A stretch of 64,000 bases of DNA. Origin: an uncultured Chloroflexia bacterium (lineage in GTDB: Bacteria > Chloroflexota > Anaerolineae > Anaerolineales > E44-bin32). Where the stretch lies: assembly GCA_963783335.1 (NCBI GenBank), contig CAWAND010000008.1, positions 23,841-87,840 of the forward strand, in the 5' to 3' direction. Numbering within the stretch: the first letter of the stretch is position 1; the number at the start of each line of letters is the position of its first letter. The position numbers were made by a program, and so were the translations under genes. This document shows positions 46,981 to 55,801 of the stretch, one piece after another. A model generated the notes under the pieces. That model worked only from the letters and a program-made list of their open reading frames with translations. It was not told where the DNA came from and made no database searches.

Positions 46981-47644
46981 TCAGCCAAGAGCCTGGATTT
47001 CGCACGTCACAAGCTGGCCCCCGTCAACGTGGGCAAACCCCACGCTCCCAGCGCTGAGCGGCCCGGGGTTGATCACCAGCGTTTCGCCGATGTGGCTCAC
47101 GCCGCGTGAACTCATGGATGTGTGCCGTGAAGCAAACCAACGGCTGGTAGGCCTGGATGAATTCACGCACGGCTGTGCTGCCGACGTGATGACCGCCGCT
47201 CGTGCGATCGGCAGCCGTATCCTTCGGAGGTTGGTGGGATACGAGGATCAGCGGTGCATCTGGTGCCAAACCTTCAACGGCCTCAGTCAGGCTGGCTGCT
47301 AGCTCGGGCTCGCTGAACACATTAGGTGTAGGCACCGGCCCGGACAATGAGCCGCCCAGACCGATCAGGCTGACCTCTTCGACTGTGATCGCCCGGCCCT
47401 CCAGGCTAATCCCCATCTCATCCAGAGACTGGGCCACGTCGGGGTAATCGCAATTCCCGCTCACCGCCAGAACTAGGGAGGCGCTGGCTTGAAGGGTCTG
47501 AATGATGTCCCGTGCATCGTCTGCATGGCCGAAATTGGTGATGTCACCCGCCAGGATGACGATGTCGGACGCCTCAAGCCTGGGCGTCAGCAGCTCAAGC
47601 GGGCCAAGCCGCCCGTGGATGTCGGAGATGGATAGGATCTTCAT
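46981..47644 (-). pseudogene. Calcineurin-like metallophosphoesterase (YfcE/MJ0936 type), frame broken near 47108-47112
   Basis: MKILSISDIHG...ILAGDITNFG...SGNCD...CFTAHIHE lie in ORF 47024..47644. The continuation SRGVSHIGETLVINPGPLS... is in ORF 46981..47166. The 664-nt span is 3n+1. Confidence 0.8.
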
Positions 47645-47675
47645 CCCGAGTTCCTATACTTTTGAACACTTGAGA

Positions 47676-48158
47676 CTATTCGTGGGCGCCATGCGGGCCA
47701 TGAACGTGGCCGTGGCTGAGCTCTTCTTCTGTAGCCTGGCGAACGTCCTCGACTTCGACGTCAAAGTTCAGCGCCTGACCCGCCAAAGGGTGGTTTCCAT
47801 CAACCGTCACCTGATCTCCCTCGATGTTGACCACGTGCACGATGGTTTCCCCACCCTCGCTCAAGGCGCGGAAAGCCATCCCAACGTCCAGATCATCCGC
47901 ATCCACGAATGCGCTGCGCGGCATGGTCTGCACCAATTCGTCGGTGCGCTCCCCGTAGGCGTCGCTCGGCTCGAGTCGGACGTTGAACTTGTCTCCTGAC
48001 TTCCGGCCTTCCAGTGCTGTTTCCAGCCCGGAGATGATCCTGCCCTGCCCGTGAATATAGGCCAGAGGTTCACTTTCCTTTGAAGACTTAATCAGTTCAC
48101 CTTGATCGTTGGTCAAGGTGTAGTGAAAGATCACCACGGCTTTGTCTTCTATCTGCAT
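47676..48158 (-). CDS. slyD: FKBP-type peptidyl-prolyl isomerase SlyD with short His-rich tail
   Basis: MQIEDKAVVIFHYTLTNDQGELI...YIHGQGRIISGLE...DGNHPLAGQALNFDVEV...HGHVHGPHGAHE. Confidence 0.85.
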   Translation of the reverse strand: MQIEDKAVVIFHYTLTNDQGELIKSSKESEPLAYIHGQGRIISGLETALEGRKSGDKFNVRLEPSDAYGERTDELVQTMPRSAFVDADDLDVGMAFRALSEGGETIVHVVNIEGDQVTVDGNHPLAGQALNFDVEVEDVRQATEEELSHGHVHGPHGAHE

Positions 48159-48557
48159 ATGTCTCTCCTTCGGACGTGCCCCTTGTGGCTCTCTCCGACA
48201 AGAGGGCGCCAATTCCATCCGCCGGTTTCCAGCGGGTCAACTGACTCTATCACACCCCCGACTGCCTCCGCGGCTGCCGCCGGGCAGCTTCGGACCAGGG
48301 CATCAGCACAGCCTTCCTCCCAGGGGTTTGCTTCCAACAATGAGCTGAAGGCGTCCTCCAGCCCCGACGACATGGGGAGACAAACTCCAGGCCAGAGACG
48401 CCAAAGCGGGAATCCTGCCACCCACCCTGACCGGGCGCGGCCCATGAACTGAATCGACCCAAGCGCCCGGTCATCTCCGGGCGGCATGGATCTCGCGTTC
48501 CAGCAAGGCAGGTGCCCTCCGGTCGGCCGATGGTCGGGAGCCGCCTGGCCCCTTTGA

Positions 48558-48899
48558 TCAGCTGGGCGACGTGGCGGTCGGTGACCCTGTTGGCGGTGTC
48601 TCACTTGAGGTTGCGGTCGGCGTTTCGCTCGGTTCGGGTGTCGCCGTGAACGTCGGTGACGGGGTCAGCGTCCAAGTGGGTGGAAGCACCACGGGCCCCG
48701 GCGTCCGTGTGGGAGGCGCAGGAGAATTGACTTGGAACGCAGTCGGCAGGGCTGGTCCCCCGCTGAAGTCAGGATTGGTTAGGACCCAATACGCCCCGCC
48801 GGAAATGGCAGCGCAGGCCACAATCAGCAGAATCAGCAGCAGCACAACTTGCCCACAGCTCATACCCATGATCCGCCGACCACTGCCAGATGCGCTCAA
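48558..48899 (-). CDS. Hypothetical membrane-anchored Pro/Thr-rich protein
   Basis: One TM helix (VVLLLILLIVACAAI), then a low-complexity P/T/S tail. Confidence 0.4.
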   Translation of the reverse strand: MSASGSGRRIMGMSCGQVVLLLILLIVACAAISGGAYWVLTNPDFSGGPALPTAFQVNSPAPPTRTPGPVVLPPTWTLTPSPTFTATPEPSETPTATSSETPPTGSPTATSPS

Positions 48900-49088
48900 T
48901 TCAACCTCCTGTCAAACCCGATGTATCTTCCACCGACAAGCATACAGCATGCCGCCGTGCCTGCCAACGGCCGACAGATCTCAGGCGCGTCAAGATCGGG
49001 TCGCTTCCACGGCACAGCTGACCTGCCAGGGGAGAAGACCCTTGACTCGACGCCGAAAACGTCGTAAAGTGTGACAGAGGTCTGTGTT

Positions 49089-49102
49089 ACAAACTAGTTT
49101 GT
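49089..49102. promoter_or_regulatory. Perfect 14-bp palindrome ACAAACTAGTTTGT, candidate operator of the downstream HTH regulator operon
   Basis: Read directly. It ends 6 nt before the ATG at 49109. Confidence 0.35.
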
Positions 49103-49108
49103 GGAGAT

Positions 49109-49747
49109 TTGCCCATGGACAAGCCTATGCCTTCCCTGAAAGAATTGATCGACCGGCCGTTCCGCTACTTCTACGATGACGGGCTGGTGGAGCTGGCCGT
49201 CGGCACGCTCTTCCTGGCCGCCGGGTTGGCTATCAGCGCGTGGGCAGCCACACCCGCCGGTTCCATGTGGCGGGTGGTGGGCGCGCTGCTGCTGGTGGCC
49301 ATCCCTATGCTGGGAAGCGTGCTCTTCAAACGCCTGGTCCAAAGGGTCAAGGACCGCTGGGTCCATCCGCGCACAGGCTACGTCGACTACGACGACTCCC
49401 AACCCTCCCGGGCCCGCTGGGTTGTGATCGGGGGCGCCTTGGGGCTGGCCATCGCCGGCTTCCTGCTGCCGGACCAAATCAACAATATGGCCTTGATGGA
49501 GGGCGCTCTGCTGGGGCTGATCATGGTCACGCTGGCCTATCGGGCTCGCCTGGCACGCTTCTACCTGCTGGCGACCATCGCCGCGCTGATCGGGCTGGCG
49601 GCGGCCCTTTGGCTCGGATCGGATCTGTGGGGCAGCGCCGCTACCTTCGGCGCCACCGGGGCCGTGATGATGCTTTCTGGGGGCTGTGCGCTTCGCCGAT
49701 ATTTCGTGGCCCACCCTGAGCCATCCGGGCACGGGGATGGAGCATGA
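49109..49747 (+). CDS. Hypothetical polytopic membrane protein
   Basis: 212 aa with about 6 TM helices. Its stop overlaps the start of the next gene. Confidence 0.5.
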   Translation: MPMDKPMPSLKELIDRPFRYFYDDGLVELAVGTLFLAAGLAISAWAATPAGSMWRVVGALLLVAIPMLGSVLFKRLVQRVKDRWVHPRTGYVDYDDSQPSRARWVVIGGALGLAIAGFLLPDQINNMALMEGALLGLIMVTLAYRARLARFYLLATIAALIGLAAALWLGSDLWGSAATFGATGAVMMLSGGCALRRYFVAHPEPSGHGDGA

Positions 49748-50052
49748 GCCAGCCCATCAAATCCTTGGTTGAAGCGGACCGCATCGTTCATGAGCCGGCC
49801 CGCCTGGCCATCCTGGCTCTGCTGCACTCGATTCGAGGTGCCGACTTCCTCTACCTTCAAGAGGAAACAGGGCTGACCAAAGGCAACTTGTCATCCCACT
49901 TGAGTCGATTGGAGGAGGCTGGCTTTGTCGAGATTGAGAAGACCTTTAAGGGCAAGATTCCGCGCACGATTTGCCGGATCACAGCCGACGGCCGAGTGGC
50001 CTTTGAAACTCACTGTCAGGCATTGAAGGGGATCATCGAAGCCGGAAGTTGA
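49744..50052 (+). CDS. Winged-helix DNA-binding protein (HTH_34-like transcriptional regulator)
   Basis: HEPARLAILALL...FLYLQEETGLTKGNLSSHLSRLEEAGFVEIEK. Confidence 0.7.
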   Translation: MSQPIKSLVEADRIVHEPARLAILALLHSIRGADFLYLQEETGLTKGNLSSHLSRLEEAGFVEIEKTFKGKIPRTICRITADGRVAFETHCQALKGIIEAGS

Positions 50053-50060
50053 AACCTGCC

Positions 50061-50699
50061 TCAAGGAGTTGTTGTACCTCCAGGTGGCTCACCTTCCACC
50101 GAGATCTCATCCCAGAACACATCGGACTCGGTCCCCTGTGAGTCTCTGAACTGCGCGCTCACGAAGTAGCCCGTCCAATTGACGCCGGGAGAAACTTCGA
50201 AGGTCACCTGGCGGCTGAACGGCTCCCAGGCTCGTCCAGCCATATCGGCCAGCGTGGCCGCAGCCAAACCGATTCGAGTCCGCATCTCGACCACGTCGCC
50301 CATCTGGCTCCGTGCCTGAAGCTCGGCGTGGAGCGTCAGGGGTTGGCCCGCTATCCCACCGGCACAGCAGCGTCCACCTTCAAGCAGCACAGAGCCCTCG
50401 ATCGGCACAAAGGGTGTCTTGGTGGGAGGCTGAATCGTGCGTGTCGCCCTGGGTACGACCGTCGCCAGGTAAGAAACAAACCCGCTGAGGCGCGTAACCT
50501 GCGCTCCCTGCTCGGCCAGAGCCGTCGCCTGGACAGCCTGTGTTTGCCGCAGGCCGGCCACCTCGGTTTGTAGTTCATCCACATCGTCGTTGGTGGCGGA
50601 TGTGGAGCGGTCACCCACAACCTTCACCTGGCCGCAGCTGGCGGCGAGCACCAAGAACCCCACCGCAGTCGAAAGGCTCAGCAATCGCCTTAAGCTCAC
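50061..50699 (-). CDS. Hypothetical lipoprotein
   Basis: Signal peptide with lipobox LVLAASC. No recognisable domain. Confidence 0.45.
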   Translation of the reverse strand: MSLRRLLSLSTAVGFLVLAASCGQVKVVGDRSTSATNDDVDELQTEVAGLRQTQAVQATALAEQGAQVTRLSGFVSYLATVVPRATRTIQPPTKTPFVPIEGSVLLEGGRCCAGGIAGQPLTLHAELQARSQMGDVVEMRTRIGLAAATLADMAGRAWEPFSRQVTFEVSPGVNWTGYFVSAQFRDSQGTESDVFWDEISVEGEPPGGTTTP

Positions 50700-51301
50700 G
50701 GTAGATCCACCGAGGCCAGGACATCCGGCAGCGGTTCGAGCGTTTCGGGATCGTGAATCGAGAAACCTACCATCTGTCCGTCAAGACGAACGAAGGTCCA
50801 CTCGACCGTGAACGGCACGCCGCCTCCCCCGATCAGCACGCGCTGGGCGGGCCGTCCATCCAGGCTGACCTCCTCGACCGGGTTCTCCGGACAGGTCTGG
50901 CACTGCTGCTGGACAAAAGCCTCCAAGGTCAGGCTGGACGCATCGCCGATGACGATCCGGCTCATGCCCGGCCCGCCTTCAGCCGCGGGATCCAGCCCCA
51001 GGGCGTAACTCTGATAACTCAGCCCGTCGGCTTGCACCTCGAATGGGCCGGCTGCACTCCAGCCGTCGGGCAGGGTCAGCGAAAAACCGCCCTGCTGATT
51101 GGTGTACAGATTGCCCTCGGAAGCGGTGGGCATCTGGGTGGCAGGGGCACCAGTGGCTGCCGGAGGCTCGCTTGTGGAAACAGCCAGGGGCGTACTGGAT
51201 GGTGAGGTCGCTGCCCCGGCGCAGGCAGACAATGTCAAACCGATCATCCAGACGATTGCCGCCATGCGCCCCGGACGTGTAAGAGCTTGATATCTCCGCA
51301 T
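50696..51301 (-). CDS. Hypothetical lipoprotein
   Basis: Lipobox LTLSAC. ATG at 51301 follows GGGGAGAGGGA. The longer ORF reaching 51373 is less likely. Confidence 0.45.
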   Translation of the reverse strand: MRRYQALTRPGRMAAIVWMIGLTLSACAGAATSPSSTPLAVSTSEPPAATGAPATQMPTASEGNLYTNQQGGFSLTLPDGWSAAGPFEVQADGLSYQSYALGLDPAAEGGPGMSRIVIGDASSLTLEAFVQQQCQTCPENPVEEVSLDGRPAQRVLIGGGGVPFTVEWTFVRLDGQMVGFSIHDPETLEPLPDVLASVDLP

Positions 51302-51391
51302 GATCCCTCTCCCCAGAGATGATGTGGACCTATGAGGGGACCAGTCTACTTGAGACCGCCTCGTTCTGTCCATGGCCGACGGCGGACCGTA

Positions 51392-52213
51392 CTACGCCGA
51401 GAGGAAGCCTCCGTCGACGGGGACGGCAGCGCCCTGAACATAGCTGGACAGATCGGAGGCCAACACCAGTGCCATACGGGCCACCTCATCCGGGTCCCCC
51501 AGTCGGCCGAGCGGTATCCGCTGTCGAAAACGCAGGCCCGTCCGGATCAACCCCAGCTGCATCCGAAGCACGCCCCAGGCCGCGCTCTTGGTCCCCCGGG
51601 TGATGATCCCGCCCGGCAGGAGCGCGTTGATTCGGAACCCGTCCTTGCCGTGCTCGCGCGCCAGCGAACGGGTCAGCGCCATCACGCCCGCCTTGCTTAC
51701 GCTGTAGTGCGCCAGGTCGGCCTTGAAGGCCACCAGAGCCTCAATCGACGCCAGGTTGATGATCACGCCGCCCTTCTTCAAGCGCCGGCCGATCATCTCC
51801 TGGCACATCCAGTACACGGCCCCGAGATTGACGTCCAACACGTGATCGTAGAAGGCGGCGTCCACGTCCAGGAAGCCCTTGAAGGGATAGATCCCTGCGT
51901 TGTTGACCAGGATATCCGGCGGATGGTCTCCCACTGCCTCCCACAGCAGACTCCGACCGACTTCGGTGGCGATATCGGATGAATGAAGGCGGATCGATGG
52001 CGCCACTGCCTCCAGCTCTCTGCCTGTCTTCAGGAGCGCCGGTTCGGAGATATCCACCAACTCGAGGTCCGCCCCGGCCTCGGCGAACCGGCGCGCAATC
52101 GATCGCCCGATGCCGGCCGCAGCCCCCGTAATCATCGCCCGCTTGCCTTCCAATGAGAGAAGCAACGCCAGGGGGGCATCTTGACGTGCCTTGCCTGTCT
52201 TCGCGGCTGCCAT
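51392..52213 (-). CDS. Short-chain dehydrogenase/reductase (SDR) family oxidoreductase
   Basis: TGAAAGIGRS cofactor motif, NNAG, and the YSVSK catalytic motif (YxxxK). ATG at 52213 follows GGAG. Confidence 0.85.
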   Translation of the reverse strand: MAAAKTGKARQDAPLALLLSLEGKRAMITGAAAGIGRSIARRFAEAGADLELVDISEPALLKTGRELEAVAPSIRLHSSDIATEVGRSLLWEAVGDHPPDILVNNAGIYPFKGFLDVDAAFYDHVLDVNLGAVYWMCQEMIGRRLKKGGVIINLASIEALVAFKADLAHYSVSKAGVMALTRSLAREHGKDGFRINALLPGGIITRGTKSAAWGVLRMQLGLIRTGLRFRQRIPLGRLGDPDEVARMALVLASDLSSYVQGAAVPVDGGFLSA

Positions 52214-52238
52214 AGTCAGCTCCAACTGTTGGTTGAGT

Positions 52239-52256
52239 TTGTGAATGCTTTCACAA
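52239..52256. promoter_or_regulatory. Rex-type operator TTGTGAAtgctTTCACAA, perfect
   Basis: Read directly. Centre is 34.5 nt upstream of the SDR ATG. Confidence 0.6.
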
Positions 52257-52343
52257 ATCTCATTATCAACGACGACTCATACGGGCGCAATGCATCCAAC
52301 GGCTGTGCAACTGACCCGTGAACCGGTGGACTGTGATCGGAGG

Positions 52344-52375
52344 GAAAGAAAAAGCGGGCCCTTGCGGGGCCCGCT
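52344..52375 (-). terminator. Rho-independent terminator downstream of nrdJ
   Basis: On the minus strand: AGCGGGCCC, a 5-nt loop, GGGCCCGCT, followed by TTTTTCTTT. Confidence 0.7.
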
Positions 52376-52395
52376 TGACGGTCAGCTGTGTTCGA

Positions 52396-54889
52396 TCAAC
52401 ATTCACTGTAACCGCACGAGTAGCACTTTCGACAGCCTTCTTCGTTCACCACCCCGGCGGCGCCGCATTCGGGGCACAGATCGCCGATGGTCATCGGGAT
52501 CTGGGACGGGGCTTCGGCCGGCATACTTGTTATGCCGCTCTCAGGCGTGTCGCCCAGGTAGCCCGCCAGCGCCTGAGCGACGCCGTCAGGCAAGGAAAGC
52601 ACCCGGTTGGGGCCAAACCCGAGTGGCCGGCCACCGCCTATTCCGGAAAGCTGGCGGACGATTTCGGCCAGTCGATCGCGCGGCGGCACCGGCGAAGCGA
52701 TGCGCAAGACGTAGGACGCCATCCGCCCGATGGCCTCGGAAATGGCCGCCGTTTCGGACCCGGCCTTGGCGGTGGTGATGAAGACCTCAAAGGGTTGCCC
52801 CCCACCGTTTTCGTTGATGGTGACAAAGGCTTTGCCCAACGGAGTGTTGATCTGGTAGGTGGCACCATCCAAGCGCGAAGGGCGCGGTTTCTTGCGTTCG
52901 TTCCAGATTTGGAGTTGACTGGCTGCCGTGTCGGGTGCCGAGTTCAGCGGCGGTCTTCTTGTCGGCCGTGGCCTTGGTTTCCAGGACGACTTTCTGGCGT
53001 GAGCCGGTGACGTAAACCGTCAGGCCCTTGCAGCCCAGTTCCCAGGCCAACAGATAGGCTCGGGCGACATCGTCTTCCGAGGCACCCTCCGGGAAGTTGC
53101 ACGTCTTGCTGATGCTGTTGTCAACGAAGGCCTGCATGGCGGCTTGCATCCGAACGTGCTCTTTGGCGCTGATGTCTGATGAGACGACAAAGCTGTGGCG
53201 GACCTCCGGCGGGATCAGTTCGACATTCTGGCAGGAACCCTTGGCCATCACCTGCTCCACGGCCGCCTGGCGCTGCTCATCATCCAGACCCGCGTCGATG
53301 AGCGCCTTCTCAAACAAGGGGCTGGTGTAGGTCAGCCTCAAGTCCTCACCGTGATCGTTGACATGCCGGTAGTAGGCCAAGGCGAAAACGGGCTCGCACC
53401 CATAGCCCTCGCAGCCGGCAACGGTGGCAATCGTCCCTGTGGGAGCGATGGTCGTCTGGGCAGCATTGCGAATGCCGTGCGACTTGATCCCTGCCTCCAC
53501 CTTGTCCCAATCGACGCTTGGGCGTTGGTACTCGTAGCTGTAGGGGATCAATGGCTCAGGAGCCGTCCACTTCAAATCGTCCGGATCGTACAGGCTGCCT
53601 TCGATGGCCGGGAACGGCCCGCGGGCCTCGGCCAGGCCCACGCTGGCAAGCATCGAGTGATAGCGAACAAACTCCATCACCTGGGCGGCGAAGTCTTGGG
53701 CTTCATCCGAGCCATAGCGAACACCGACGTGGTACATCAGGTCGCCCAATCCCATGATTCCCAACCCGATACGACGGGCGCGCAGGCCGGCTTCCTTCAG
53801 CTGCGGGACCGCTGGAACATAGGCATTGACGGTGACCACGTTATCCAGGAAATGCGTACTGAGAACCACGCTCTGGCGAAGCTTCTCCCAATCGACGGTG
53901 CCGTCCGGCCCCAGGTGCTGGGCCAGGTTGACGGAGCCCAAGCAGCAGTTCTCATAGGGGCCCAACCACTGCTCGCCGCAGGGGTTGGTGGCTTCCAAGT
54001 CATATAGATGCGGCACCGGGTTGGTGCGGTTGGCGGCATCCAAGAAGAGCATTCCGGGCTCGCCGTTGTGATGCGCGTGGGTGACGATCAGATCAAATAT
54101 CTCCCGAGCCCGAGCCTGCTCGACCACCTCACCCGTGTTGGGAGCGACCAGGTCGTAGGTCGAATCGTTGGCTACGGCTTCCATGAAGGTGTCTGTGACC
54201 CCGACCGAAATGTTGAAGTTGGTGATCTGATTTTCGTCGACCTTGCAGGTGATGAATTCGCGGATGTCCGGATGATCCACCCTCAGCACGGCCATGTTGG
54301 CTCCGCGCCGCGTCCCGCCCTGGGCGACCTCCCCAAAGGCCTTGTCATACACTCGCAGAAATCCAACCGGGCCGGTGGCGCGACCCATCGACGATTTGAC
54401 CACCGAGCCCTTGTGACGCAGCCGGCTGAATGAAAAACCGTTTCCCCCACCAGTTTGCTGGATCAGAGCCGCGTCGCGCAGAGTCTGAAAAATCCCCGAG
54501 GAATCGCGGCCCATGTCATCGTTGATCGGAAGCACAAAGCAGGCGGCCAGCTGGCCCAGGGGCGTCCCCGCGCCGGTAAAGGTCGGCGAATTGGGAAAGA
54601 AGCGCTTGGTGGTCAGCAGCTTGTAAAATGCTTCGGCCACGGGCTCCACCGGCGCATCGTGGACGGATTCGGCGGCGGCCACATGCCACGCAACCCGCCA
54701 GAACATCTCTTCGACAGTTTCCGCCGGTTCGCCGTCCGGCGAACGCCGAAGATAGCGTTTAGAAAGCACGGTGCGGGCGTTGTCGCTCAGGTCAACCGAA
54801 TCGAGATCTTCTGGCAGGCCGGGCCGCTCCGGCATCCGGATTTGTGCCTCGTGACGCACATCGATGTCCTTCTTGTCGGTTTCCAACAT
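52396..54889 (-). pseudogene. nrdJ: Adenosylcobalamin-dependent (class II) ribonucleotide reductase, frame broken within about 52885-52945
   Basis: ORF 52787..54925 carries the catalytic core (NPCGEQ..., [12 protein letters not shown]). The C-terminal part ...[32 protein letters not shown]...CPECG...CRKCYSCGYSEC is in the +1 frame (ORF 52396..52872). The 2494-nt span is 3n+1. ATG at 54889 follows GGGAGG. Confidence 0.85.
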
Positions 54890-54906
54890 CCGCCTGCCTC
54901 CCTCAC

Positions 54907-54924
54907 TTGTGAAGAATCTCACCA
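54907..54924. promoter_or_regulatory. Rex-type palindrome TTGTGAAgaatCTCACCA (12/14) upstream of nrdJ
   Basis: Read directly. The left half is perfect. Centre is 26.5 nt upstream of the nrdJ ATG. Confidence 0.4.
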
Positions 54925-55027
54925 ACTGGCCCAGGCACGAGAACCGGCGCGTCCCGTCCCCACCGATGCGAAACGCCTTCCTGTTGGGCGGAAACGGCTG
55001 GCCACGGAACGGCCAAGCCGGGACCCC

Positions 55028-55477
55028 TCATCCGCCGAGGAGGGCGTCGATTTCGTTGCGAATGGCCTGCAGGTCATCCAGGCCAAGATAAACAATGGCG
55101 TATCGAATGTACGCGATGTGGTCGAGCTCCTTCAGACCCGAGATGGCCATATCCCCCACCACTCGGGAAGAGACCTCGGCCTGCCCCATCGCCTGCAGCG
55201 CGGCTTCGATCTCGCCCACCATGCGGTCGATATCGGCCGCCGCCACAGGTCGCTTGGCACATGAGATGCGGATGCCATGGGTCAACTTCTCGCGGTCGAA
55301 TGCCTCTCGGGTGCCATCCTGCTTGACCAACATCGGGGTGGCCTGCACTGCACGTTCATAGGTTGTAAAGCGGCGCTCGCACGTCTGACATTCCCGCCGG
55401 CGACGGATGCCGCCCCGAGAATCGTGGGAGGTGTCGATAACCCGGCTGTCCTCACTTTGGCAGTATGGGCACTGCAT
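55028..55477 (-). CDS. nrdR: Transcriptional repressor NrdR
   Basis: MQCPYCQSEDSRVIDTS...RRRRECQTCERRFTTYE zinc ribbon plus an ATP-cone domain. Confidence 0.95.
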   Translation of the reverse strand: MQCPYCQSEDSRVIDTSHDSRGGIRRRRECQTCERRFTTYERAVQATPMLVKQDGTREAFDREKLTHGIRISCAKRPVAAADIDRMVGEIEAALQAMGQAEVSSRVVGDMAISGLKELDHIAYIRYAIVYLGLDDLQAIRNEIDALLGG

Positions 55478-55507
55478 CGCGAACGCCGTCCTTGAAACAA
55501 ATGTTCG

Positions 55508-55553
55508 CCGCCATATCTAGGTTGACTTCGGCGGCGACCCCGATATCTCGGGC
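55508..55553. promoter_or_regulatory. Two NrdR-box-like motifs (minus strand CCtAgATaTgG and CCgAgATaTcG), 30 bp centre to centre
   Basis: Both 16-mers (55508-55523 and 55538-55553) keep the C-A-AT-T-G core of the published NrdR box acaCwAtATaTwGtgt. They lie 31-76 nt upstream of the nrdR ATG. Confidence 0.4.
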
Positions 55554-55663
55554 AACAGGGAGACGAATTCTAGCACCTGCGCGAATCCCCTGCAAGTCGA
55601 AAGTCCCACGACAAGCTTAAAGTCTTCTGGTACTTTGGTCATGGTGGAAGCACAAAGCCCGCC

Positions 55664-55696
55664 GGCCGGCGTCGGGAGGAGGGTCCGACGCCGGCC
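55664..55696 (-). terminator. 12-bp-stem hairpin downstream of ftsZ
   Basis: GGCCGGCGTCGG (55664-55675) pairs with CCGACGCCGGCC (55685-55696). Only a weak T-run follows on the minus strand. Confidence 0.45.
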
Positions 55697-55801
55697 AGCA
55701 GGCTGCGGCCGGAAGGCGGGACGCACCCACAAGGCGCGCCCACCGCGGCTCATTCCAACGCGGTCATCCGGACCTTGGCCTGGGCCCGGATGGGTGGCGC
55801 A

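Noticed and set aside
48159-48557. RNase P RNA, tmRNA, SRP RNA or 6S RNA in the large gap upstream of slyD
   Set aside because: The hallmark sequences were not found on either strand: GAGGAAAGTCCGG and ACAGAACCCGGCTTA for RNase P, the GGGG...TCCACCA ends and tag ORF for tmRNA, and the SRP GGAA/AGCA domain IV motif.
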